Notes under the pieces: model-generated
What the model saw: the letters and a program-made list of their open reading frames with translations, nothing else
Told to the model about the DNA's origin: nothing
Database searches by the model: none
From: Candidatus Cloacimonadota bacterium
Lineage (GTDB): Bacteria; Cloacimonadota; Cloacimonadia; Cloacimonadales; WRIO01
NCBI GenBank assembly: GCA_029564175.1
Contig: JAKQQL010000036.1
Location: 1-45,516 of the forward strand
Length of the DNA stretch: 45,516 nt
Direction: 5' to 3'
Program-made: the position numbers and the translations under genes
Shown here: one piece after another, positions 8,921 through 18,247 of the stretch
How the letters are laid out: the number at the start of each line of letters is the position of its first letter
How positions within the stretch are numbered: position 1 is the stretch's first letter

Positions 8921-10168
8921 ATGCAGATTTGTGTTGATTTACATTCTCATTCAGGATATGCAGGTGGGGTGGGAGATATTCAACTGAAAGATATTGTCAA
9001 CACAATGTCTTATAAAGGGATAGATGTTTTCGGAACTGGGGATTGTCTCTTTCCAAAAAGGACTAAAGAACTACGTCATGAGCTTAAATATGAAGAGAAT
9101 CAACTTTATAAACTAAATAAAGCTGATAACCAGTCATTTCTCTTACAGACAGAAGTAATCTTTAGTGTTCGTCTCACAGGCTATAAGCATAAAATCGTCG
9201 CTCACCATATTATTTTTTTCCCTGATTTTGAAAGTATTGAAAAGATGGCTTTATTAATGACAAAATGGTCTCAAAAAAATACAATTGGCAGACCTTTTAT
9301 CGTATGTGAAAATCAAAAACAACTGGAAGATCGTCTTTTCGAAATTCAGAATATTCACCCTTTGATTGAGATTATTCCTGCTCATATCATGACGCCGGAT
9401 GGTTTAATGGGAAGCAAAAATATGCTTACTTCTATGAAGGAATTTTATGGTCAGTTTTTTTTTCATATTCATGCCTTAGAGACCGGGTTAAGTGCAGATC
9501 CTGAAATGCTTTCTCAATTAAATGAAATAAATCAGTTGACTATGCTTTCATTTAGTGATTGTCACAGCGCTGCTTTAAATAGAATAGGAAGAGAGTTTAC
9601 TGTACTAGACTGTGAACATAAATCATATGGCTCAATTATCCAAAGTATTCGTCAAAAAAAAGTGGTTTATACAGCAGAATTTAATCCAGCTGAAGGACGG
9701 TATTTTTTAACAGGACACAGGGCAGGCAAGAATCATCATGAAAAGGATTTGTATTATACTGAAGCAATTCCCCAAGATCATATTTGTCCTATATGTGGAA
9801 AAAAGTTAACAATTGGAGTCAATGATCGGTGTCAAATGTTACAAAAAAATCCTATCAATTCACAAAAATATGTACATTTGATTCCATTGATTGATGTTTT
9901 AGCATACGCACTTAAACAAAAATCTATTAGTTCAAAAAAAGTAATAGCTTTATACGAAATCATTTTAAAAAACTTTGAGAGCGAAATTGATTTGTGGGAA
10001 ACAGCAGAAACCACAATGATTCAAAAGCTTGATAAAATATCAGATAAAAGAGTCGTCTCATGTATTCTCGCAGTAAAGCAACAACAATTTTCCTATGATC
10101 CTCCAGGATTTGATGGGATGTACGGTCAATTGAAAATTAACTGTAAGGACAATTTATCAAACGTTTAA
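8921..10168 (+). CDS. Endonuclease Q family (PHP domain, TIGR00375/YqxK-like) protein
   Basis: DLHSHSGY, GTGD, IPAHIMTP, ETGLSADPEM, SFSDCHS, IGRE, CPICGKKLTIGVNDR, PGFDGMYG. Confidence 0.85.
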   Translation: MQICVDLHSHSGYAGGVGDIQLKDIVNTMSYKGIDVFGTGDCLFPKRTKELRHELKYEENQLYKLNKADNQSFLLQTEVIFSVRLTGYKHKIVAHHIIFFPDFESIEKMALLMTKWSQKNTIGRPFIVCENQKQLEDRLFEIQNIHPLIEIIPAHIMTPDGLMGSKNMLTSMKEFYGQFFFHIHALETGLSADPEMLSQLNEINQLTMLSFSDCHSAALNRIGREFTVLDCEHKSYGSIIQSIRQKKVVYTAEFNPAEGRYFLTGHRAGKNHHEKDLYYTEAIPQDHICPICGKKLTIGVNDRCQMLQKNPINSQKYVHLIPLIDVLAYALKQKSISSKKVIALYEIILKNFESEIDLWETAETTMIQKLDKISDKRVVSCILAVKQQQFSYDPPGFDGMYGQLKINCKDNLSNV

Positions 10169-10186
10169 CGACAGGAAGGAGTAAAA

Positions 10187-11461
10187 ATGAATCCTGATGT
10201 ATTTTTAAAGAGAAGAGAAAAGCTCGTAAGCAGTTTAAACAAAAATGAACTTGTTTTAATATTCGGAAATGATGAACCAGGTGGAGCCAGCCGATTTTTA
10301 CAAAACAGTCATTTTTTCTATTTTACAGGTTTGAAAACACCTGAAGCGGTTTTAGTGATGGGACATATTGAAGAAAATCCGATTGATCTGATTTACATTC
10401 AAAGAAATATACCCGATCGTATTGTCTGGGATGGAGAAAAAATGTATCCTGATGAAGTAACTCAGTTAACTGGAATAAAAACCGTTTTGTTTTTAGATAA
10501 CTTTGAGGGAAGTATTTCAAATTATCTGTATCAGGCAGATAAGGCATACATTAATATTGGACTGCATGAACTCGACAAACCACTCAGTAAAACATTACAT
10601 TTTGTAAAAAAAGTCAGAGAAAAAATTCCTCATGTTTGCTTTAGAGATGTCAATCCTTTGATCAGACCTTTACGTCAGATCAAAGATGAAACAGAAGTGG
10701 AAGCCATTACTGAATCTATCCGAATTACCTGGGCAGGTATCAAATCTATCTGGATGAATGCTCGTGCCGGTATGATGGAGTATGAACTTGAAGCAATGTT
10801 ACACTTTGAAATGGAAAAACGGGGTTGCCGTAATTTTGGATTTGTACCTATTGTCGCTGCAGGAAAAAATGCAGCCACCTTGCATTATATCGAAAACAAT
10901 TGTCGCATCGAAGAAAATCAGCTGGTTTTATTGGATGTGGGTGCCTCAAATGAGAATTATAGTGCCGATATTACTCGTACCTTCCCGATTAGTGGTACAT
11001 TCTCAGACAGACAAAAAGAAATCTATGCTGAAGTACTCTATATTCAAAAAGAGATTATTGCGATGATCAAGCCAGGTGTAGGAATGGCTGAATTAAACAA
11101 GAAAACACGCGAATTAATGTTTGAATCTCTTAAAAAATTAAATCTGATTACAGAAGAATCTGAAATTGTTAAGTATTATATGCATGGCATTGGTCATCAT
11201 CTGGGTCTGGATGTTCATGATATTGGCGCACGTGATTCCATTCTTCAGGAAGGTGTTGTAATAACCGTTGAACCCGGTATTTATATTCCTGAAGAGGCAA
11301 TTGGAGTTCGTATTGAAGATGATGTTCTCGTTACTTCTAACGGTCATAAAGTGCTTTCTGACTTCATTCCAAAAGAAATTGACGAACTCGAAAAATTACT
11401 TGCTGAATACAAAAGTCACGTTATTACTCAACAGGATTTAGATGAGATTGCAAATGATTAA
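10187..11461 (+). CDS. pepP: Xaa-Pro aminopeptidase (M24B)
   Basis: FFYFTG N-domain, ATLHY, LLDVGA, YSADITRTFP, HGIGHHLGLDVHD, TVEPGIY, GVRIEDD. Confidence 0.93.
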   Translation: MNPDVFLKRREKLVSSLNKNELVLIFGNDEPGGASRFLQNSHFFYFTGLKTPEAVLVMGHIEENPIDLIYIQRNIPDRIVWDGEKMYPDEVTQLTGIKTVLFLDNFEGSISNYLYQADKAYINIGLHELDKPLSKTLHFVKKVREKIPHVCFRDVNPLIRPLRQIKDETEVEAITESIRITWAGIKSIWMNARAGMMEYELEAMLHFEMEKRGCRNFGFVPIVAAGKNAATLHYIENNCRIEENQLVLLDVGASNENYSADITRTFPISGTFSDRQKEIYAEVLYIQKEIIAMIKPGVGMAELNKKTRELMFESLKKLNLITEESEIVKYYMHGIGHHLGLDVHDIGARDSILQEGVVITVEPGIYIPEEAIGVRIEDDVLVTSNGHKVLSDFIPKEIDELEKLLAEYKSHVITQQDLDEIAND

Positions 11462-11487
11462 AAGTGTGGGTTATCCCACACTTTTTT
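11460..11487 (+). terminator. Intrinsic terminator after pepP (possibly bidirectional)
   Basis: AAAAGTGTGGG-TTAT-CCCACACTTTTTT. Confidence 0.85.
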
Positions 11488-11588
11488 ATATGATATTTTT
11501 TCATTTGCGGTAAAGCAAGAAGTTTGTTTATAATTTTCATCAATAATATCTTACTTGCTTTAATTAAAACAAAAATTAAGGTTGAAAA

Positions 11589-12104
11589 ATGAAAAAAGCA
11601 ATTTATCCGGGTACTTTTGACCCGATAACAAATGGGCATATCAATATCTTACAAAAAGCTACTTTGCTTTTTGATGAAGTCATACTCGCTGTTGCAAATA
11701 TTACAGGAAAAAATACCCTGTTTACAACTGAAGAAAGGTTAAACCTGTGTCGTCAGTCAGTAAAACATATTCATGGTGTTCAGGTTGTCTCATTTGATGG
11801 TTTAGTGGTTGAGTTTGCACGTCAGATAGAAGCTGTAACTATGGTTAGAGGACTTAGAGCGGTATCTGATTTTGAATATGAACTTCAGTTAGCTCTAATG
11901 AATAAAAGTATTTATCAGACTATTGATACAATTTTTCTGGTTCCAGACTCTCAGTATTTATATTTAAGTTCCAGTATGGTCAGGCAAATTGTTGGGTTGG
12001 GTGGTCGATTACACGATCAAATTCCAGAAGTAGTGGAAAATGCAATTATTGAAAAATTTAATGCGTTAAATCTGAAAGATCTAAAAAATAAGTCAAATAT
12101 ATAG
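11589..12104 (+). CDS. coaD: Pantetheine-phosphate adenylyltransferase
   Basis: AIYPGTFDPITNGH, VRGLRAVSDFEYE, LSSSMVR. Confidence 0.97.
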   Translation: MKKAIYPGTFDPITNGHINILQKATLLFDEVILAVANITGKNTLFTTEERLNLCRQSVKHIHGVQVVSFDGLVVEFARQIEAVTMVRGLRAVSDFEYELQLALMNKSIYQTIDTIFLVPDSQYLYLSSSMVRQIVGLGGRLHDQIPEVVENAIIEKFNALNLKDLKNKSNI

Positions 12105-12120
12105 TCAAAAAGGAATTGTT

Positions 12121-12810
12121 ATGGTAAAAAGGGCTATTGTATTGTGTAGTGGTGGAATGGACAGTTTAATTACAACTGCTGTTGCAAAAAGAGAAAATGA
12201 TGAAATTTATTTGCTTCATGCAAATTATGGTCAGAGAACAGAACAAAAAGAGCTAAAATCATATCAAAAAATTTGTGAATATTTTAAGCCTGATGGTCAG
12301 TTAGTAGTTGATATAGATTTTCTTGTGAAAATAGGTGGGAATTCTCTGACAGATTATCATATGGACGTGCCACTAAATCATTTGACTGACAGCGTTCCTA
12401 ATACCTATGTTCCTTTTAGAAATGGTAATCTGATATCTATAGCAGTTTCTTGGGCCGAAGTCATAGAAGCACAATCCATTTATATTGGAGCTGTTGAAGT
12501 AGATAGTTCAGGATATCCAGATTGTCGAAGAGTATTTTATGACCAACTGGAAAAAGCGATCAATCTAGGTACAAAAGATGAAACTCAAATTTTTTTAAAG
12601 ACACCTATTATAGATAAGATGAAGCATGAAATTATAAATATAGGAAGAGAGCTTGGTATTCCCTTTGAATTAAGCTGGAGTTGTTATGTGAATAATGAAA
12701 TCGCCTGTGGAGAATGTGACAGCTGTATTCTGCGAATAAGAGCATTTAAACAGGCTGGTATGATAGACCCTATTCCTTATTCTATTCAGATTGACTGGAG
12801 TGAAAAATGA
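12121..12810 (+). CDS. queC: 7-cyano-7-deazaguanine synthase
   Basis: SGGMDS, NYGQR, PNTYVPFRN, SGYPDCR, SWSCY...CGECDSCILR. Confidence 0.96.
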   Translation: MVKRAIVLCSGGMDSLITTAVAKRENDEIYLLHANYGQRTEQKELKSYQKICEYFKPDGQLVVDIDFLVKIGGNSLTDYHMDVPLNHLTDSVPNTYVPFRNGNLISIAVSWAEVIEAQSIYIGAVEVDSSGYPDCRRVFYDQLEKAINLGTKDETQIFLKTPIIDKMKHEIINIGRELGIPFELSWSCYVNNEIACGECDSCILRIRAFKQAGMIDPIPYSIQIDWSEK

Positions 12811-14135
12811 ATGATTTTAATGAAAAATTCCTGTATCATATCTGGGACCAGCAACACCTTAAATCAGAGCTTACGCTTGAATCTGGAAAAACAATAAAAG
12901 TCTTATTTTCAGGACATTGGAACAGAGGAGCAGGAGCTGATTTTAAAAATGCAATATTAGAAATAGATGGTGTTAATATCCAGGGTGATGTTGAAATTCA
13001 TATTAATACTTATGATTGGAATGCCCATAATCATCAGGATGATGCCAATTTCAATCAAGTGGTACTACATGTTGTATATGAAAACAAAACAAGTCAACAA
13101 TATACAATTAAAGAAAATGGAGATTTATCTGAAATATTGAAAATAAATGATAAATTATCTGAAGAAATCCAGAAATTTCTAGAAACTGAGAACAATTTAC
13201 ATTTTACCGAACATGAAAAGTACTGCCCTGTTTTTTCTATTCAAAATGAGTGGATTCCCAGACTTTTGACAGAATATGGAATGGAACGTTTTTACAGAAA
13301 AATCAAACGTTTTAAAGCAGAGCTATCTTTCAGTTCTTTTGATCAGTTACTTTATCAGGGAATTTTTGAATCTCTTGGTTATACGAATAATAAATTTCCT
13401 TTTTATCAGCTTGCTACACAGGTACCTTATGTTAAAATTCGACAAATGATTGCTGAAGGGTATCAAAAAATGGACATATTATCTCTCTGGTTGCATACCT
13501 CAGATTTAATAAACTTATTACCTTCCGGAGTAAAAACTGTTTTTTCTAATGATTTGAATGAAAGTTTTATAACTCATAAGTATGATGTGAGTGATATGAA
13601 TTTTGACTGGAATCTCTTCCGTATACGACCGGTCAATCATCCTGTCCTAAGACTGGTTCAAGTATTAGATTTTATTTATGATAGTGTGGATATAGGGCTA
13701 ACACGGCATATCTTAAAACTTTTTTCCTTTGAAAAAGATAAACTTTCAGTTATTTCATTCAGACGCAGGGCTCAGTTGTTTCTCTCTAAGCAGTCTCTAA
13801 AAGATTTTGACACTCGTCTTGGATCTTCAAGAATAGATATGATTTTAATCAATATCATCATTCCAATTATTTATATTTATTCTCAGAAAATGGAATATGA
13901 AGATCTTGCCAGTTACTGTATCTTCTTATATAAGGAATTTCCTGGTCTAAGTGAAAATACAATAAGTAATACAATGAAAAAATATCTTACAGAAGATATT
14001 GAGCAATTTATCCATACAAAAGCTGTGAATCAACAAGGTTTGATACAGATATATCAGACTTATTGCGTGAATCATTTGTGTGATTCATGTAAAAATCATC
14101 TAGATGCGATTAAAATAAAGGTTAATGAGGAATGA
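12807..14135 (+). CDS. DUF2851 family protein
   Basis: EKFLYHIW, GxWNxGAGADFKNA, GDVEIH, WNAHNHQDDANFNQVVLHVV, LGYTNNKFPF, RIRPVNHP, C-terminal YCxxxxCxxC. Confidence 0.85.
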   Translation: MNDFNEKFLYHIWDQQHLKSELTLESGKTIKVLFSGHWNRGAGADFKNAILEIDGVNIQGDVEIHINTYDWNAHNHQDDANFNQVVLHVVYENKTSQQYTIKENGDLSEILKINDKLSEEIQKFLETENNLHFTEHEKYCPVFSIQNEWIPRLLTEYGMERFYRKIKRFKAELSFSSFDQLLYQGIFESLGYTNNKFPFYQLATQVPYVKIRQMIAEGYQKMDILSLWLHTSDLINLLPSGVKTVFSNDLNESFITHKYDVSDMNFDWNLFRIRPVNHPVLRLVQVLDFIYDSVDIGLTRHILKLFSFEKDKLSVISFRRRAQLFLSKQSLKDFDTRLGSSRIDMILINIIIPIIYIYSQKMEYEDLASYCIFLYKEFPGLSENTISNTMKKYLTEDIEQFIHTKAVNQQGLIQIYQTYCVNHLCDSCKNHLDAIKIKVNEE

Positions 14136-17100
14136 TTAACAAAGAACAAACCAAAAAGATCAGACAAACTACCAGAGAAAGAAAAAAGATAATTGATAAT
14201 GTAACACGACTCTATGTTTCAATTCTAAAAGCAGATAATGAAATAAGTGCTTACGAAATCAATATCTTATACAGTCTTTTAATCAATATTTTCAGACGTG
14301 AAAGTATTTCATGGGAAGTGTATATACGGAAAATCATAGAAGATGATATCAATATAGAAAATGTTTTGGAATATCTGAATGAAAATCTGACTGGATTAGA
14401 TAAAATCAGAATTTTGCTTAGTTTAATTGTAATGTCATTCTCAGATAATGATTTCTCAATCTCAGAAATTACACAAATTTTAGATTTGGCAAAAAAACTG
14501 GATTTAGAAACAGATGGCTTCATGGATATGATTTCTGCGATTGAATATCAATCAAAGGGCTTGGTTTCTATCAAGGGTTTTAGATATATCAATTTAGTAG
14601 AAGAATCCATTTTCAGTGATCATTTGATTTTTGGCAGAAATGAAAAATGTCAAATCCAGTTTGGCAGCAAGAAAGTTTATCCGACTGAATTTGTTCTATT
14701 TATGATTGATCATTATATTTTCCTGGGAACGAGTAATCATGTTTCTTCCGAAATAGATGGTAAGCAATTGTATGCTAATGAGTTATATATTCTTCCAAAA
14801 GATTGTAAGATAAATGTCAGTAATCAACAGTTCGACTATGATTGTTTGTGTTCTATTTATCGAAATCAAGATATTTATGATGTGATTGATTTTAAAAAGC
14901 CCGATTATGATTTCAAGATTATCAATAATCATAACCGATATTCTTTAAATCTCAGCAGTGGTACAGTTTACCGTAATAATAAATCTCAGCTAAAAAACAG
15001 AAACATTGATTTGCTTTTTGATGATGAATTACAAATAAAAGGATATGCTGCGTTTTCTCTGTTGGATGTTATTCGCGAAAGAGGGGAAATAGGAGTAGAA
15101 AATATAATTCCTAAAGAACTTTATATTATCTTTGATGAAGATTTTTTCTCAATTTCTAGAACTGATACCTCTAAGACCATCGGATATATAGAAATTCAGG
15201 ATGGTAAGTATTATCTTTACCCGCCTAGAAAAAACTGGGATTTTTATTTAAATAATAAGAAAGTGAACGAAACGACTCAATTTTTTTTAAATACAGATGT
15301 GCTGACAATTAATAAGAAAAATTTCAGACTCAATCAATTTTATGACTTGATTGAAATTCCTTTTGAAATTGAACAAATCAATATCCTTGATTTAAAGCAT
15401 TTTCATCGGGATGGTCAATTGGCAGTTGACAGTATTTCTTTAGAAGTCGAAAAGAATCAACTCATTGGGATTTTAGGTCAGAGCGGTTGCGGGAAATCTA
15501 CATTTTTAAAATGTATCGCAGGAGAAATAATCCCTACTTATGGCAATATTCTGTACGACGGGAAAAATTTTTATCAGAATATCAATTTTTATTCCCAGTT
15601 TGTCGGTTATGTCCCTCAGGAAGATTTGTTATTTTCTAACTTGACTGTTTATGAAAATCTTTTTTATCGTGGCAGACTCAGAATGCCAAAATTATCAAAG
15701 GAATATCTGGATCAAAAGATCCGGAATATTCTTTTTAACACGAATCTTAGTCATAGAATGAATACGCTCGTTGGAGATATAAAAAAGAAATTTCTGAGCG
15801 GAGGGGAAAGAAGACGTTTAAATATAGCACTTGAATTGCTGTTTGAACCAACGATTCTGATTTGTGATGAACCTACTTCAGGCTTATCATTTTCTGATGC
15901 AGAACAAATTATTGACTCTTTAAGAAAATTTGCTGACCAGGGTAAGGTTGTGATTATCACAATACACCAACCAAGCTCACCGGTTTATATGTCTTTTGAT
16001 AAAGTCTTACTCATGGATAAAACAGGAAAGCAGGTTTTTTTTGGAAGTCCTGATGAATCATGGCGTTATTTTGATTCTGAACTTGGATTAATTAAGAAAG
16101 ATATAAAAGTTTTAACACAAAAAAGAGATTCAAAATTGCCTGAATATATCTATTCAATTATTGAATATCCTGAATATAAAGACAATGGTGAAATTGTTTA
16201 TGAACAGGTTTCAAGAAATGCAGTTATAAAAAGAAAGTTTTCCCCTGATTACTGGCGTGATAAATATAAACGTAAAATGCTATTTGATTTGATTCAATAT
16301 GATAATTCAAGTGTGAAAGTTAATAAAGTCCATATTCGAAAAAGAAAGAGAAATGATCTTTATTCTAATCTGGTTCAATTGCTTGCTTTTGTAAAGCGTA
16401 GCATGATAACAAAGATGAGATCCAGAACAAATCTTTTTATTACATTTGGAGAAGCCCCTATCCTTGGTATTATTATTGCATTTATACTTCGTCTTCAGGT
16501 AACAAACTCTGGCTATTCATTTTATCAGAATGTAAACTTGGGAATATATATTTTTATCTCTGTAATCGTGTTTATTTTTCTTGGACTTTCTAATAGTATA
16601 GAAGAAATTCTTTCAGAACGCAAAAACCTTTTAAGAGAGAAGTTACTCAATTTTAGAATGTCACATTATTTAATTTCAAAGTGTATTGTGCTAGGCCTTT
16701 TTGCTGTTGCACAGGTAATTTTATATTATGTTGTTTCTTCTTATATTCTCGGTATCAAGGGAATGTTTTTACCATATTTTATTTATCTCTTTTTATCTGC
16801 AGTTTCTGGATTTTCTATTGGTTTACTTATTTCATCCTTTTTATCTGACAGTAAAGCCATCATCAATATTTTGCCTCTAATTCTGATTCCTCAAATTATT
16901 TTTGGGGGTGCTATAATAGAGTATGAAAAAATGAATCGGAATATCAAATTGGTTGATGCCAATCCAATACCTGAAGTTGTTCAGGTAATGCCATCCAGAT
17001 GGCTTTTTGAAGGTCTATATGTTTCTCAGGCAAAATTGAACCCGTATGATAAAGCGGTTGAATCACTTGATAAAAAAAGAAAGAGTTTAAATGGCTTATC

Positions 17101-17386
17101 TGGACAGTCCTACCTAAGTGAATTAAATCAGATCTATAAGGATATTTCTGTGAAGACAAAAAAATATCCAAAGGATCAATTTACTAATCAATACTTGAAT
17201 TTAAGTGTGAGCTTAATGGATGGTAAATTTCTAAATACAAACAAAAATATTTTTTTATCAAGTTATAAGACATTTTATGAAAAAAGATATCCAACCATAT
17301 ATTTTAATCTCATTGTTTCTCTTGTCTTTATTTTCTTATTAAATTTGATAAGCGTACTAAAACTTAAATTTTTCTACAAAGAATAA
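14132..17386 (+). CDS. ABCG-type transporter with N-terminal TerB-like and beta-rich (FHA-like) domains
   Basis: KADNEISAYE...FSDNDFSISE (TerB-like duplicated motif), GQSGCGKST, VGYVPQED, LSGGERRRLNIALEL, DEPTSGL, TIHQPS, C-terminal ABC2-type TM helices. Confidence 0.88.
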   Translation: MINKEQTKKIRQTTRERKKIIDNVTRLYVSILKADNEISAYEINILYSLLINIFRRESISWEVYIRKIIEDDINIENVLEYLNENLTGLDKIRILLSLIVMSFSDNDFSISEITQILDLAKKLDLETDGFMDMISAIEYQSKGLVSIKGFRYINLVEESIFSDHLIFGRNEKCQIQFGSKKVYPTEFVLFMIDHYIFLGTSNHVSSEIDGKQLYANELYILPKDCKINVSNQQFDYDCLCSIYRNQDIYDVIDFKKPDYDFKIINNHNRYSLNLSSGTVYRNNKSQLKNRNIDLLFDDELQIKGYAAFSLLDVIRERGEIGVENIIPKELYIIFDEDFFSISRTDTSKTIGYIEIQDGKYYLYPPRKNWDFYLNNKKVNETTQFFLNTDVLTINKKNFRLNQFYDLIEIPFEIEQINILDLKHFHRDGQLAVDSISLEVEKNQLIGILGQSGCGKSTFLKCIAGEIIPTYGNILYDGKNFYQNINFYSQFVGYVPQEDLLFSNLTVYENLFYRGRLRMPKLSKEYLDQKIRNILFNTNLSHRMNTLVGDIKKKFLSGGERRRLNIALELLFEPTILICDEPTSGLSFSDAEQIIDSLRKFADQGKVVIITIHQPSSPVYMSFDKVLLMDKTGKQVFFGSPDESWRYFDSELGLIKKDIKVLTQKRDSKLPEYIYSIIEYPEYKDNGEIVYEQVSRNAVIKRKFSPDYWRDKYKRKMLFDLIQYDNSSVKVNKVHIRKRKRNDLYSNLVQLLAFVKRSMITKMRSRTNLFITFGEAPILGIIIAFILRLQVTNSGYSFYQNVNLGIYIFISVIVFIFLGLSNSIEEILSERKNLLREKLLNFRMSHYLISKCIVLGLFAVAQVILYYVVSSYILGIKGMFLPYFIYLFLSAVSGFSIGLLISSFLSDSKAIINILPLILIPQIIFGGAIIEYEKMNRNIKLVDANPIPEVVQVMPSRWLFEGLYVSQAKLNPYDKAVESLDKKRKSLNGLSGQSYLSELNQIYKDISVKTKKYPKDQFTNQYLNLSVSLMDGKFLNTNKNIFLSSYKTFYEKRYPTIYFNLIVSLVFIFLLNLISVLKLKFFYKE

Positions 17387-17395
17387 AAAAAATAC

Positions 17396-17423
17396 TTGCC
17401 AAAATTTCCAATTAACTTAGAAT
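17396..17423 (+). promoter_or_regulatory. Putative sigma70 promoter upstream of the copZ-like gene
   Basis: TTGCCA-16 bp-TAGAAT. Confidence 0.5.
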
Positions 17424-17475
17424 TTGTAATTAAGAAGAAAAATCATAAATAGAGACTAAATTAAGGAGCATGATT

Positions 17476-17682
17476 ATGGTTAAGAAAAAGATTACTGTGT
17501 ATGGGATGACTTGTGAAAAATGCAGAGTAACAATTATCAGAGGACTTGAAAAAGTAATTGGAATTGAAAGAGTTAGTGTCAATTTGCCTGATTCACTGGT
17601 TGAAGTACATTTCGATGATAGTATCCTTACGATAGATGATGTAAAACGTGAGATAACAGCACTCGGTTACGATGCAATGTAA
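17476..17682 (+). CDS. Heavy-metal-associated (HMA) metallochaperone, CopZ-like
   Basis: GMTCEKC motif, C-terminal LGY. ATG 17476 is better spaced from AAGGAG than ATG 17470. Confidence 0.9.
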   Translation: MVKKKITVYGMTCEKCRVTIIRGLEKVIGIERVSVNLPDSLVEVHFDDSILTIDDVKREITALGYDAM

Positions 17683-17758
17683 TACTAACTTATCGTAAGC
17701 AATTTTATAAGATTTATATACTGCAAAACAAGATAAAAAAATAGATAAGAGGGAAAAA

Positions 17759-18154
17759 ATGAAAGTCGTCAATTATCAGGATGTACCATTAGAGGATGTA
17801 AATATTGAAGGTGCTGCTTTTACCAAAATCCGCTGGTTGATTGGTCAAAAAGATAATGCACCCAATTTTGCGCTAAGGCTTTTTGAAGTCGCTGAGGGTG
17901 GACATACACCTTTGCATTCGCATGATTATGAACATGAAGTTTTTGTACTGGAAGGACAGGGTGTTTTTGTTTGCTCAGAAGGAGAAAAACCTTTCAAAGC
18001 CTGGGATGTAATTTATGTCGATCCAAGTATTGAGCATCAGTTTAGAAACACAGGTGCTGGTTCTATGAAGTTTCTTTGTATCATTCCACATGATAAGCCA
18101 AAAGTAAAAAAGGTTGTTAATCCTTTTGCCTCCGGAACAGCCAATAATTGCTAA
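17759..18154 (+). CDS. Cupin domain protein (TM1459-like)
   Basis: IRWLIG...APNFALRLFEV, TPLHSHDYEHEVFVLEGQG, EHQFRNTG. Confidence 0.9.
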   Translation: MKVVNYQDVPLEDVNIEGAAFTKIRWLIGQKDNAPNFALRLFEVAEGGHTPLHSHDYEHEVFVLEGQGVFVCSEGEKPFKAWDVIYVDPSIEHQFRNTGAGSMKFLCIIPHDKPKVKKVVNPFASGTANNC

Positions 18155-18167
18155 TGATATTTAACAG

Positions 18168-18196
18168 GTAGAGACGTAATTACATTGCGTCTCTAC
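18168..18196. repeat. GTAG-type REP palindrome
   Basis: GTAGAGACGTAAT-TAC-ATTGCGTCTCTAC (13-bp stem, one G-T pair); related copy at 21872-21899. Confidence 0.85.
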
Positions 18197-18216
18197 AATA
18201 TTATATAAAATATCAG

Positions 18217-18247
18217 ATAAGGAAACAATAAGGAAAGAATAAGGAAA
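18217..18247 (+). repeat. Three tandem ATAAGGAAA copies with an 11-bp period upstream of the M42 peptidase
   Basis: Copies at 18217, 18228 and 18239. Confidence 0.8.

Noticed and set aside
11490..11518. Antisense promoter TTGCTT-17-TATCAT pointing into the pepP 3' end
   Set aside because: Such matches are common in AT-rich DNA, and it would fire directly into the terminator hairpin.
12121..12810. QueC-like anti-phage gene (QatC or CBASS type IV)
   Set aside because: Canonical length and motifs, located behind coaD, with no qat, cyclase or dpd genes nearby.
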